Shown: one piece after another, positions 27,075 through 42,129 of the stretch
Layout of the letters: each line of letters begins with the position of its first letter
Position numbering within the stretch: position 1 is the first letter of the stretch
From: Dimargaris cristalligena
Lineage: Eukaryota
Assembly (NCBI GenBank): GCA_003614675.1
Contig: ML002237.1
Location: forward strand, 1 to 62,278
DNA length: 62,278 nucleotides
Reading direction: 5' to 3'
Position numbers and translations under genes: made by a program
Notes under the pieces: generated by a model
Databases searched by the model: none
Seen by the model: the letters and a program-made list of their open reading frames with translations, nothing else
Told to the model about the DNA's origin: nothing

Positions 27075-28916
27075 TGCCCCGGATTCGGCCTTTGCTCCTA
27101 CCCCCCCTTCTCCCTTCTTCTTTTCATACCAAGCCCATATTAGTAGTGAATGTTTTTATTCCGGCGTTGGTGAATCATCATTTTCATTTGTTTTCAGTTA
27201 TCATATTGGTTACAAACCCTTTATAACCTAACCCGTTTTTTCCGACTATTTTAGCCCTTGGCAAGTACCTTTCCTGGTTGCCCCTTTTTTCTTATATTTT
27301 AATGCAATGTCTATAACCTGTTTCCCCGGCTTATCTTTTCTGTTGTCGATACCCGACTTGCACGCATGATGTTTGTCAATGCATATCATCATTAATCTCA
27401 CCCTATACTACATACCATCATACCTTTTATCAACCTCCTTTGTCGATTAGTGCACTTCCCTTCTTTTGCTTCTAACATATATAATCTATATATATATTTA
27501 TACCTATACATATACCCCAATGTCCATTTTAAATCCTAGCACTCCCTAATTAGTATATCCCTAATTTTATGCCCCTATTTCCTTTGCAACTACTTCTATT
27601 TAACTTGTTTCTTATTCCTGTTACTAATTAGACCCCGACATTATATCACCCCCTAATTTTGAGTCTGTAAAGAATCGGGCTTCTTTATTCATCCAAAGTG
27701 TGGATCTTCTATCCGACGGCACATGTAGATATACCTCTAATCTTGGCTCCTATCTTTTCTAATAAATAGTTTTTATAATTACAGAGCCAATTAAGCCAAG
27801 CCAGTGTATTTTTTGATTACTGCATTCCAAAATGTTTCTCTAAGGAGCTACAGAGGTTGATACATATACGACTCCCCGGAAAGGTCGAATACCACAGTAA
27901 TTGATGCCATGTATATGTAGTTTAATAGTACTGGAGAATCGAAATGGATGCATATCGGCAGAAGGCCGAATAGTGAGCAGGGTACAGGGCTTAATGAAGA
28001 TTATCTCATTGCAGCAATTGTACCTCCAGTAGATTCCTCTATTTAGTGAACTCGATTATACCCCTCAAGTTCCTAATCACTGCGACTGCGCTTATAACCT
28101 TTTATGGCGATGAATCCATACTGCCTTTTCAGCATCAGTGGCCCTTTTATAGAGCCCATAGTTAACGAAACTGTTGGCATTTACCTATGACTAACCCGTT
28201 TCTATATATTTTCGGAGTACTTGGGAGGTCAGTAATCATCTTCCACGTCGGATCCCCCGCCGGAAAAATATTATCTCGGTTTTAAAGTGCAGGGGTCCTG
28301 TATCAACGCTTCTGGTGTCCAAATAAAGTCACATTAATATAACCAAAACTAGCTGCAGATTGCCATGTCCCAAATTAACCATAAATTAAGCCCCTTAGTA
28401 GATCCCCGCCCTTATTTATCTGGAAATTTCAATGGTGACTTTTGTTTATACGACCAAGCAAAATTGTAGTTTTTATGTATATATATCTCTGTTTGGTGAT
28501 AATAGTGAGATAGTGTGGCATTGTAATAAGTAAAACACGTATAGTAGCTACGCAATATATCGTAGGCGTGTGAACATTAGACAACTTGAAAAAAATATAT
28601 GGAATGACCTCAAACCAACCTCAAGTAGGAAATATAAGCACAAAGGGAATAGCTTGATGGCGTAGTAATAATTTCGATATAAGAAATCCGCTACGTGTGC
28701 GGAAGAAGTAAACCGCAAATGATAAGTGAGCGGTTGGAAGGAGAGTGCCGCGAATTTTGACTTCAAAATACTCCAGGGGTTTCGGCCTCGCGCATCAAGC
28801 TAGTTATAAACATTTATATATTTTTTATAGGTGGTGTGAATATCCTCGGGAGTGGTGGAATATGTAATGGGAAATGCCTGCCAGTCAATTCCATCCTGTT
28901 GACGCTATGGAACCGG

Positions 28917-30778
<1,862 letters not shown>

Positions 30779-33699
30779 GTTGGTGGATGAAGAAGAAGAG
30801 GGGGGAAGTTGGGTGGAAATAAGAGCTTCAATAGAACTTGTGTGTTTCAGAACTATAGAAGGGCCGACGGGGTTTTTAGGGAGTGAGAGAGCGAGGAAAA
30901 AAGAGGGAGAGAGTGAGAGCTGACTAACTGTGGCGAGTGGTGTGGCGTACCAGAGGGTTTCGTGCTAGCGTACTGGGGCGAAAGGTTAAAAAGGAGCGAT
31001 GATGATGAAGAAGCGAGTCACAATGATGGGAAGTAGGGCGGGGAGGAAGGACGGGGCCGGCGGTATTTATAAGCCATTAGTAATTCGGGACAGCCTGAGG
31101 TGTACGTGTTTTTTCGCGGCCCAAGATGTATATTTTTTTCTGGGGTGTAACCCCATGACTGGGTCTAGGGCGGCGTTAACTGGCGGAATCCCAATTTCCT
31201 TGTCCTACCTCGTTAGCTGTGATAAAAGGCCAAGGGGAAACGACGATCAATGCGACCCGCATATTATATTTTGAAGGCATATCAACACTGGGCAGCGTCC
31301 TCTTCCCACCCATTGGCCGAGTCGAATAACCTCCTTATAGTAACCGCGGCCTGCACCTCCTTCTGCCCATCTCCACTGTGGAAGAGACTTGGGTGATGCG
31401 ATTCCCGTTGTTTGTCCTGAAGAAGTTATATGGCTTATTGTCCCATTCCAACCTAAAGCGGAGAAGTAAAGGAGGAGAGAGTGGGGGAATGCACAGTATT
31501 CTTGTTTTATTGGCAAGAGCGAATAAAACCCTCCTCCCCTCATTTCCCGCTCTCCCGGCTATGTAGTGTCCACACACACACTACACCGTGGTCGGGCCCA
31601 GTCAGCAACTGTGATTAACCTGCCGGACGTCAGGATCCACCCAGTCACGACGGCCCACGGCTAATTACTTATTACTAAAAGATGGAAAACGAAATCGTAA
31701 GTTGGTGAACCCACTGCATGGACGATTGGCTGTGGCGGGGGGCCAATCCTCGAAGGTGCAGGTCGCACGCTAGGCCACAGTACCCCCCCCCCTCGCCCAT
31801 CCGCTGTTCGTATTGGGATACTGGTCCAACCATACTTCTAGAGACGTTGCCGCTTATGAAAAAGGTTGGGGGGGTGACCTCTACTCTTTCGCCTCCTCCT
31901 CTACCCATTATTACCCCACATAGCCTTCATCAGTCGTGACCATGTCTTTGACCTAATCAGTAGAGGTACTCGAGACAACAACCCAAGGGCTGTGGGAGGT
32001 ACGTTGCCTAGACTGGGCTGTAAATAGTTCAGTGAAGAGCAATACCGCCTGTTCTTAATTGGGCTATTCTGGTGGCCCTTTGCCAGTTAGGAAGGATTCT
32101 TTTTCCAATTTGGGATATATGAAAAATCTATTTTGGAATCCTATGCACTTTCGACAGACCTCGTCTAGAGAAACTAGGGAAATCGACTAGCGTTGGTGTG
32201 TCATTTGGCTAAGGCACAGAATAATTCTAGTGGGCCATAGTGAGGGCGTCACTAACCCTTACGGAAGTGCACAAACTACCTACCAACCAACCCCTTGCCC
32301 TTCCAATACCACCATTACCAGCCCCGAACGTACTCGGAACTGACTCATCATTAAAGGTATGTCACGCCAGAGTTTACCTTTATCCATTCAGCTAGCCAAT
32401 GCACTCCCTCTCCCCTTTTCCTCACCCGTCGGCCAACGTTTCCGGCTTTCCTCTCATTTCTCTCCCTAGCCCATTAAATGGGTTGCGAGTCGGGTGATCA
32501 GCTTTTGCCGAGCCCCTTACTTCTAAAGAGCTGACAGGCTAGACTAGCCAATAGATCTTGGGCTGATACCGATATCGATGACGGCAGCTATCCTATGGGG
32601 GGAACACCCGCAGCCAACAATGAATGGAAGCGAATTACGTGCCTGCTATTCCCTTTTTATCCCATAATAGCCGAACCAGTCCTTCGATAATCGCGGGAGC
32701 TAGTTATGCTCCGAACCAGAACTACCTCCCACATAAAAAATTGCCCATCCATGAACTAGAGCCACCCACCCACCAGGCTAAACACCAAATACCATTCATT
32801 GCCCCTTAATTATGGGCACCAGCTAATGTAAATTAGGGTCGAACAACAACAAGTCCTAAAAAAAATATGCCAATTTGTGGGACATTAAACACTACTGTGA
32901 AACCCCTGAGCAGCCTTGATATTGGCTGTACTACCACTAGCCTGCTCAAAGTCCTCCACCACAATTGCCAATTTTGGCATGAATGGAGTACCCCTGAGAT
33001 TTAAGGTGGATAAAGAAGAGGGGCGGTCACCACGCCTGTTACGGCTATGCCAATTATAGAGGGGTTTATTGAAGATCAGCAGTGCTCGACCCGCCGCCAC
33101 CCGGGTACTTAAAGCTCGGGTGCTTGTAAAATAAACACCATCCATATCTTCAATCAAACAACGGCACATGTATCAATCTATCCGCTTATTGATATCACTA
33201 GTGTCAGTATTCGTTCCAAGTGATGGACTAGATATCGTTGCACTTCCCTCGAAATGTGACCATAAAACTATAAAGCCAATCAAATTTAGCTGCAGTACGA
33301 GGGTGTAAACTACATTCCTTTTGATTGGAGTAAGATGGGGAATCTAAAAACGTATCAAACTAATCGCACATTATTGCGTTTGGGGTGGGGTATAGGGCTG
33401 TATGGAGTTCTAATGGGGAGAGACTGGGTCTTGGTCTAATTTACTTCACGGCTCCTCTCTTTCATCCACTTTTATTTCGGATTTCGGATTGCCTAACGTG
33501 TGATGGACAACTCATCAACTGGCTTGGCGCTTTAGTACAGTTATTCTTATAGCCACCGAGTTCGAGGGCTGGTATTGGGCCCCAATAACATAGGGAAATA
33601 CGCCTAGTATAAAAGAATCTTACCAACTCTCATGACCTAGAGGCGCCCGCTGAGCCCAGGGTAATGATAAACATAAGATTAAATCTTTCCGAAACTTGG

Positions 33700-35550
33700 C
33701 CCTTTTCCGGAAACCCGGTGGATAAACTCATATATTGTTAAAAGCCTACGCCATATAGGTTTCTATAAATGGCCACACTCCAATGCCGCAGCCCATGGAC
33801 TGTCAATAGGCTAAAGAACCCCGCCACCATGTGGGTAGTTTCGTATACCATAACAATAACGAACCGGGAGTCGCCACCGAGGAAACCACTGATAATATGT
33901 ACCCTCAATAAGATATAAGTTCCGCTATGCTCTGTCCCCTCTAAATCCCGAATAGTAGCTTCAACTCTTCCAACTGAAATCGCCTCACCATCAATACCAT
34001 TTTAATATAGCATGTTTTACTCGTCCGAGATTGTGACAGCCGAAAAGCACGGTTTGGCCCTAATCTGGTAAGATCAATGTCTGATATCTATCACACTCTT
34101 CCCGCTTGTTATCACCTCCCTTCTTTGGTGATGCTGGCTAGCCCAACAGCGACTTCGGACCACGCTGATAAGGGAATAGAGGTGCCGTACTCTTAGTGAC
34201 AGGGGGACCGAGATTGACTACAGTCTCCCCAGACCGTTAACCGGTACGAATACACTCAGCTGAAATTATATTACCTAATATTGATAGGCTTGCGGCGACT
34301 GTAGGGACCAAGATCTATTCACGACGACTCTCCAAAAAGGAAATTCACCATGTCAATATTGTTAGAGTGTGGTAAGTCTAGTATCTAAGCGGCAATATAC
34401 CCATAGACATCCCCCTTTTTGATACATGGACTGATTTTCCTGTATTTCTATTGGTTATTTTAAATTATTCGCGCTTGAGATCGGGATAATTTTAAAAGGG
34501 CTTCTAACCTAGATTATTGTTACTATTATTATTCACTTTCATTCACAATTCCTCAAATACTAACAGCGAATATTTGGGCCAGCCTCCACATCCATTTGCG
34601 CTCAGACTACTATCCCACCTGGTGGCTGGGATATCCCGCGTATATCAACAACAGATCTCCTACTACATGAGTAAGCAGATTTGGCCTACTAGGAGCATGC
34701 TCTCTAAAGCAATAACACTATAGCTTCTCTCATAATAATGATGTCTAAGTAGTCCATCTACCTGATGATAAAAATTTACTAAATACCCACAGCTTTGTAT
34801 TGTGCTATATATCCTCCTGTAAATGAATATACATGTATATATTAGCGGACGTCAACTCCATTTGGACCCAAATCCGGTATAGAAATCATTGGGTTCACCT
34901 AGGCGAACATATCAATTTATCGTGTGAATCCAGCAGGTAATACTATAGTTATATTTTTTGATAACGGTCTATCAAAATTGTTTCAGTTTCAAGGTAAAAA
35001 TCTAGAGGTTTGGAAGCTATAGGCATTTATTTTGTATTAATGGCATAAATCACTATTACCAGATTCGATACAATTACTTTGGAAGACTGCATCGGGTTAA
35101 GTACTATCACTGAAGATCAAATAGCTACGGGTGAAAGTGTAAGTCCTTACTTACACATAATTAGTCACTAATCTCAATCAGCGTACTGCCTGATAAAGTA
35201 TTATTGGCGTTTGTGGGGTTAACACATTGAACCATGTCTACTTAAAATTGCCATTACTTTATACACTACCTATGGGAAACCAGCTTAAATATTTTATGAA
35301 GGGCTATGAGTTGGCGGATGGGATACACGGGCCACACCTGCACAAATTGGATGACGATTTAGGTAGGTCGACAATGCATACTGACCTTTATAGAGGTTGC
35401 TCTATAAAACACAAGTATAGCTGCTCCAACAGAGTTTTCTATTATGCTAATTTAGTGCGTAATGGATACCACTCTCGATCATACGTCCTTCACTACCAAA
35501 CTAGATCTACCCACCATGTCATTTGGCCCAACGTTGGAATGTTTTGACGA
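33700..35550 (+). pseudogene. Possible second, more degraded multi-exon gene remnant
   Basis: Regularly spaced GTAAGT/GTAAGC/GTAATA donors (about 34372, 34671, 34937, 35139) separated by short AT-rich intron-like stretches and broken reading frames. Confidence 0.2.
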
Positions 35551-35741
35551 CATTTCCCTTAACCTGAACCACTCGGACATTTCGCTCGAATTAGACATCC
35601 TTTCAGACGGGGATCAAAAGTGGGTATATATACCATAGAGTATCAAAAATTCGTGTACATATCTCTGAACCGGCTCTTAAATAAATACCTAAAACCCCGG
35701 GTACTTCTTCTGAACTTGATTTTAGAAACTTTTCTACCTGA

Positions 35742-38517
35742 TTGCTTAAGGCGTATTATATTATCATTGTGTGTGCCTCCACCCAATGCCTTTCAATATC
35801 TAGCTTGACTTTTGAGGAGGCGTTCCCACTCCCCAGTGATCACGAGACAGTACCCGACGACCAGCGAGTCGGCCAACGAACCACACCCTTTGTTCACCGG
35901 ATCGCGTCCGCCCCGGTCGTTCCACCGAAACAACCCATTACCTCCAAACCATTAACTCGTGCGGAAACCTACCTTGAGTCGTCTCGAAATCCGTCCTTGG
36001 AGTTGCCCGAATCCCATTCGGACGAAGTCGATACCACGGGCCCATGGCATAGGTTAGTCAGTCGAAATTCAGCCTCGGTAGCAACTGTCCATTCTTTGGC
36101 GCTGGAGGCGGCCGGGCGACCTTCATTAGGTGGGATTTTAAGTGAAGATGTCCACTTGTCTCATTGTCGTAAGCGTCAGCCCAACTGGATGGATGAAACG
36201 ACCGAATGTCCCCCAACGGCGTGGTTTAAAGATCAAATAGAGTATCTGGGCTATATGAAAAAGCGCTGTCAGAATATAAGTAAAAGAGTAAGTACAGTTA
36301 CCCAATGATGGGGGCTACTTTATTATCATTATTCAGTGTACAGGACATTATAGAAGTACAGTTTGGATCTAATGATATACACTGTGGTCGTACAGTTCTA
36401 CTATCCAAATACAATACATACATTCTAGATAAAATTGATGGACATATCCCAAAAAGCCTCCAATCTACTTTATCGACGGTTAGGGCAAAGTAAGCCAAAT
36501 CACTTAAAGCATTGCCTTAGAATGTAATGTAGTGGTTATGCCGATCCGACATCACCGTGGACCCGATGAAATACCGAATTGCACTTTCTAATCAACGCAC
36601 CTCTTCTAACTGTTTCTCGGTGGTTTTTTTTATATCAATATTTTAGGGAAATTGAACCTGAGTCGAATATATAGTCATCGATTCCCCTTTAATGAGCGCC
36701 CGGCAGATGGTAAGTATACGATAAACTACCCTAAATAGGATGTTTAGCGGATTGCCATCTTACACCGTATTAAGTAGCTTTGTCAAATCCGGCGAGTACT
36801 AAAAACTAGCGTTTTGTTTTTAATGCAATAGCCTTGGTAGATCAGCTCATATACCAGTCATCTAGTATAGGAATCGATGATCATTTTAGTACCCATACAC
36901 TAGAAGACCCACAGAGCGAGTTTCCTCGAGTAAGTTATTTACTAGATTTTAGGCGGTTCGCCATGATATATACAGTTGACTGACTCTGATTTAGTCTATT
37001 TAAAAAAGTCAATACCAATCCCAGTCACTTAGCCAAATGAGCATGCACTTTTATATGGTGTATCTACACCTGATAACAATACGAATTGTAAATGAAACTT
37101 AGTACGAAGACCCAGAAGATGCCCGAGCTGCTGAATCCGAGGTCGACTCTTTCCACGAATGGGATCGCCCAATACCCCCGTGGAGTACAAGCACCCACCG
37201 CACCACGGGTAAGTCCGCTTGGCGGTGCTTATTTATATGCATGGTATATTTATGGGCCTCCCATGTCAAACTGGTGAACTTCGGAGCAATCTGCCCACCA
37301 ATCACTAATGTTCTACGTTTTAATACACCGGGCAACTGGTGTGTTTATTAACCCTTACGGACACTATTGTTCGTTTAATCCTATGGGACAGATCGACTGT
37401 CAGGTCGCTCCTCGCTAGCCAATGTTAATTTTCGATATGAGAGTTTGGGTATGACACGTCCAAGTCAGCTAACGTAAGTGATATATTTAGGCAGGAGGGT
37501 AGCTAAAGTGATCCCATCTCCGACAAGAAGCTTTAAACCGAATGAAACGCCCATTGTCTAATCATCAATTATTTCAACATAAATACATATATATAAAACT
37601 TACCATGTTACTTTTGTGTTTGCTTATATTAGTCCAACGGGAAGCTGGGGCCGAAACATGGTTACAGCGGAAAGGTTTTCAGAAGGCGGTGCGAGTCGAT
37701 CAAATGAGTTTATAATTCGTCCCACCAGTCCAATTATCGGTAAGAATTTACACCAATAATCCTAGCCACAGCCAGGTCACGACAGGCTTTTCACAGTGCG
37801 CCTCTTTCCAGACCAAACTCTTTAATTACCCGGATAGCCAAGGATGATAAGCCCTTAGCAACTAATAAAACCACAAACCTACTGTATATTACGCCACGCT
37901 ACCTAGAGGAGGTTGTGGAGGACGGCCTGAATGCTCAGGCACAGCCCCCCCAACCTACATTGACAGAACCCCCAAAACTATACTGCCTGAATTCGGACTG
38001 CCTGGACTTTTTACTGTAAGTAACCAAACAGATTTATCTACCTTCGTTATAAAAGTACTTGGATAGCTAAGGGCATCCCGATCTGAGGTCGGGTGGACTC
38101 TAATTTTCACACCACTTTGACTGGCACATACTATACCCCAGATTCACAAAGGAACACCTGATGGCTGGTCAAGAAAACCAATGCACTTTCCAAGATGTGG
38201 TTCCGCCCAAATCCCTTAACCGGGCGATTGCCAGTCAAGCGTTCTTCAACGTACTAGGTAGGCAATACTTTTAGACCAGGTTTGTGGACTCGGCCTTGGA
38301 ATATGACTTGTTTGACATCAACCAACCCATACAGCCTGTCTCTCTCATTCGCCCACCACACTATCACAATCCCACCTTAAATCTTCTAAAATATCTGTTA
38401 AATTCTACAATCTACGTATCTTGAACTTCATATTTTATAGGGCTAGCCTCAGCGGATTATTTGCGCGTGGCCCAAGAAGTGCCCATGGGAGAAATTCGCC
38501 TCTCCCTATCTAACTAG
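35742..38517 (+). pseudogene. Decayed multi-exon gene, probably a lineage-specific secreted protein
   Basis: Signal-peptide-like start LKAYYIIIVCASTQCLS, but it begins ATTGCTTAAG with no ATG. Donors occur at 36288, 36490, 36710, 36930, 37209, 38016 and 38258, with acceptors. Some junctions are phase-compatible (36287>36344, 36709>36841, 38257>38441, ending TAG at 38515-38517); others need frameshifts or cross stops. Confidence 0.45.
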
Positions 38518-38796
38518 ACGCCCATGTCGAACCCGTCCAACTCAATATTTCTCCTCGCACCCATTACGAACGGCCGATTTGACAATATATAATAATACGT
38601 TCTTCCTCAGATATACATACCCCGCCTTATACTACAATTTATCCCGAATCTACTAAATATGTGTACCCCCGTAATCTATTGTGAATGAGGGGTCGGTATT
38701 AGACCACATGCCTTATTCCACCCCAGCTCATTTTTATAACCATCTCGACACAGAATCAAGAGAGACCTGCAAACTATTGTAAACCCAGGTATCAGA

Positions 38797-39823
38797 TCAA
38801 AGAATCCGACAGGCGGCGGACTTGGCCTGCGACTCGTCGGCCCCCAGTGCCTCCACCGACCGAATGACTAATGAAAAGGGCCCATACTGAACATTAAAGT
38901 ACGAGGCCATCATGAAGTCCAGGGCATAGATAGTACTTTGATTCAGCAGCCGGTTGACGACTTGGGGAAGGGTATCATCCTGTCGCACCACCCACTGGGA
39001 ATTCGGACTGTCGGTGCGTTTGACCAGAGCAGCGTGTTGGGCCAGGTCCCGGTTCGGGTCATTGGGGGTAGGTTCACCAAGCGGGCGGCCGCGGTAATAA
39101 GGCTTGAAATCACTTAGAGGCGCATCGATGATATAGAAGCTCTCAACGGATCCTAGGGCAGGGGCAGGATTAGTCATAGCTGGTTGGGCCGGTTGGGAAT
39201 CAGCGGAAGGTGGGGGGACCCGGAAAATGTATTTGAATTCAATGTCACTTTGGCGACGGCCGTCCGGTTGAGTCGCACGGACCCCGTCGTGCAAATTAAT
39301 GGCGTATAATTTACTTTGGTGAGCCGCATCATCAGTCGAGGAGGTAGGGAGGTGGGGGTCCCGGTCGAGAGTGATGCGCAAAGCCACTACGCCGGTGAAA
39401 TTGAGGGGTTGGGCCTCCAGGTGGTTAGTCCGCTGCGAAGCGAATCCGGCACCGCCTAGAGTCGTGGTGTCCAGGTTGCCATGGAACCGAACAGCACGCC
39501 CGTCATCTACGGCAGTCAAATAGCTCTGACTCTGACCCCCACGGACTCTATACAGGAGGATTACGATACCCGCAAAAATAGCCCAAATCCATCACCGCAA
39601 GAGGTGCATAATAACCAAAATTAGTAACAAAACGTCAGTGTGGGTTAGGATTACACGGGTGACCTATTCTAAATAATAAAAACGGGGTGCACTTGGGTGG
39701 TTTAACTTACCTGTCGTCCACAGCACTGAACTTGGAAGTGTCCCAGGGCTGGTTGCCTCCGAAAATATGGAACATGATATTGAAGGCGACGAAACAGGCT
39801 TTGAGCGAATACGAAGGCGCCAT
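38797..39823 (-). CDS. CIA30 (complex I intermediate-associated protein 30) domain protein; exons 39823 (or 39775)-39711 and 39547-38797
   Basis: Splicing GACAG|GTAAGT..TATAG|A gives the family motif AVDDRVRGGQSQSYL. This is followed by FHGNLDTTTLGGAGFASQR, FKPYYRGR and SYFNVQYGPFSLVIRSV. Two in-frame ATGs are possible (39823, 39775). Confidence 0.88.
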
Positions 39824-40944
39824 GCTTAGTGTAAGGGAGTGGGGAAGGTATACAAGAGAGGAGAGAGAAGAGGAAAAATCAAAAGCAGATTCCTACTAAC
39901 GCAGACTTATTTATCAAACGTAAATAGGAAATAGATGGACACCGCTGGAGGTCACAGGCGGTAGAAGTTCATTATATAGAAGCTAGAGGAGACCTGGGAC
40001 GCAACAGCGGGGAATATGCAAAGTGCAAGGGTTTTACACATCAGAATATGAAACCTGTTGGGCCCGATGCCCATTGCAAGTAGGACAGCCCCCCCACCCA
40101 CCTGCCTTTCATTACCCCCGTTCACTAGAGTAGGCCACTGAGTACATCGAAATAGTCCCTAGAAAACCCCGATCGCCGATGATGCCGCACGGCAGGGCAT
40201 GCGAATAAAACAATACACCCAAGGGACTGTGCCAGAATCGCGACCAATCTTTCTTTCATTTCCCCTTGTTGGTGTAGGATGGGTATGCACTGTTCACCTA
40301 CAGAATACCACCTATCTACCTAAATATGGTGAATCGTCTGAATGGCGGGGTAGAACACCTTGATTGTGAACAGATAATTTAGCTAATTTAGGCAAATGTC
40401 TGTAAAGGAAGTTCCACGAATAAAGGCGTTAAAAACGACTATCTACTTTCTGTAACTCGGCAGTTGGTCGATAAGTAAGACCCATTTGAAGCAGCAGCTA
40501 ATATTCACCAATGAACCCCACACTGTAAGAGTGTAGTATTCTGCAACAACACCATCCCTGCGAGCACCATTAATTTCGGAAATACGGATAGTATCTACTC
40601 GCACAGCGCTTGTCGATTACTAATTTACGTCGGCTTTCATAAATCCTCAGCAGGTGCAAATACTGCGGCGAGTCATCAACAAACGAAACTGTCTCAAGTA
40701 GTTCAATAATGCCTGCTTTAAAGAGGCCAACTAAAGCATTATATTTACCCACTGTAAAACAATACTTAGGCAAACAGCTCACTGGCCGTGGTGATCAAAA
40801 TAGGTTGGAGATTGTCAAACCGATAGGTGTTGGTTTTATTTAATAGGCAGCAAGTATAAGAGATAAATGCCCAGAGTAAACAAGGTACAAATGTAGAGCA
40901 GCAGTGCGTTCGGACGAGGAAAGTTATGGCAAACCGCTTTAAAA

Positions 40945-41709
40945 TTAATCCTTGATCTTCTTGGTACCGCGCAGCAGACCAGTACGTCTGGCGGCAATAA
41001 GACCGACCTTCTGACCAGCGCACAGGTTGCGGGCGACAGTCGAGGCGTGACCAATGTGCTGGTGGTTACCACCACCATGGGGATGGTCGACGGGGTTCAT
41101 AGCCACACCACGAGTCTTGGGCCAGCTGTTGCGCTTGACGCGGTACTTGTGGAAGGCACGACCGGCCTTCAACAGAGGCTTGTCGATACGACCACCACCG
41201 GCGATGATACCAATGGTAGCACGGCACTTGGAGTTGAGGACCTTCTTGGAGCCGGAGGGCAGCTTGATACGGGTCTTGTTATCGTCGGGGTTGTGACCAA
41301 TGACGGTGGCGTAGTTGCCAGAGGTACGGGCCAGGGAACCGCGGTCACCGGGCTTCTCCTCGATGTTGCAAATGATGGTACCTTCGGGCAGAGTACCCAC
41401 GGGCAGGACGTTACCGATGGTAAGGTTGGCCTTTTGACCGCAGTACACGAACTGACCAGTGTGCATACCTTCAGTGGCAATGAAGGTTTCGGTGTCACGC
41501 TGGAACCGGTACATGTTACGGAATTGCACCTTGGCCAAAGGGGCACCACGGCCGGGGTCGTGGATAATTTCCTTCACGACACCACGAATGTAGCCGTTGC
41601 GTTCGGCGAAGTCGAGAGAGCGGAGCTTGGCGGCACCCTTGCGGAGGCGGGTAACGGCCTTGAAGATGCTACCCTTACCTTTTCTTTGAGCTCTGATGAC
41701 GCGACCCAT
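40945..41709 (-). CDS. RPL2: 60S ribosomal protein uL2 (yeast L2 / mammalian L8)
   Basis: [23 protein letters not shown] and [21 protein letters not shown]; strongly biased codon usage. Confidence 0.99.
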   Translation of the reverse strand: MGRVIRAQRKGKGSIFKAVTRLRKGAAKLRSLDFAERNGYIRGVVKEIIHDPGRGAPLAKVQFRNMYRFQRDTETFIATEGMHTGQFVYCGQKANLTIGNVLPVGTLPEGTIICNIEEKPGDRGSLARTSGNYATVIGHNPDDNKTRIKLPSGSKKVLNSKCRATIGIIAGGGRIDKPLLKAGRAFHKYRVKRNSWPKTRGVAMNPVDHPHGGGNHQHIGHASTVARNLCAGQKVGLIAARRTGLLRGTKKIKD

Positions 41710-41720
41710 GGCTATTAGAC

Positions 41721-42129
41721 CTGAATGTAAGGCCGAGGAGTGAATGTGGAAGGGGAAATGCCAAGGTAAGTGAAAATAGGGAGCGAGGTAGATTAGTCGG
41801 CAGATTCACTAGAGATGGGTTTCCAAAACGATGAGGTCGAGGGTCATATAGTCTCGCTCGAGGCATGGTTAGGTTCGCCCGTTCGACGGTTGGAGTTGGG
41901 GTGGTTTCGATGGGGAGGGGGAAGTCTCGGATGGATGGGTAGTATGGTTCGTGTTCAATCGGCCGTACGGGGAGACGGATGGATGGATGGATGGATAAGC
42001 AGCAATGGTGGCGCTTCGGCTATAATCGATGTCTCGAGTGCAATTCGTTATGTCGTCGGATGGTATGCGGGCGTGACAGGATGGGGCGGGGCGGCGACGA
42101 ATATACGGTGGAATGACGGCAGCACATAC
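41721..42129 (-). other. 5'-UTR intron of RPL2 (409 nt)
   Basis: Donor AAG|GTATGT at 42129 and acceptor TTCAG| at 41721, 11 nt before the ATG. Branch-like GACTAAT at about 41798-41792, with no AG between it and the acceptor. Confidence 0.8.

Noticed and set aside
40528-40545. GTGTAGTATTCTG resembling the U2 snRNA branch-pairing region
   Set aside because: The flanks do not match U2 stem I or stem II, and no Sm site is in register.
41047-41718. 223-aa antisense ORF opposite RPL2
   Set aside because: Same codon-bias artefact; the start is non-ATG.
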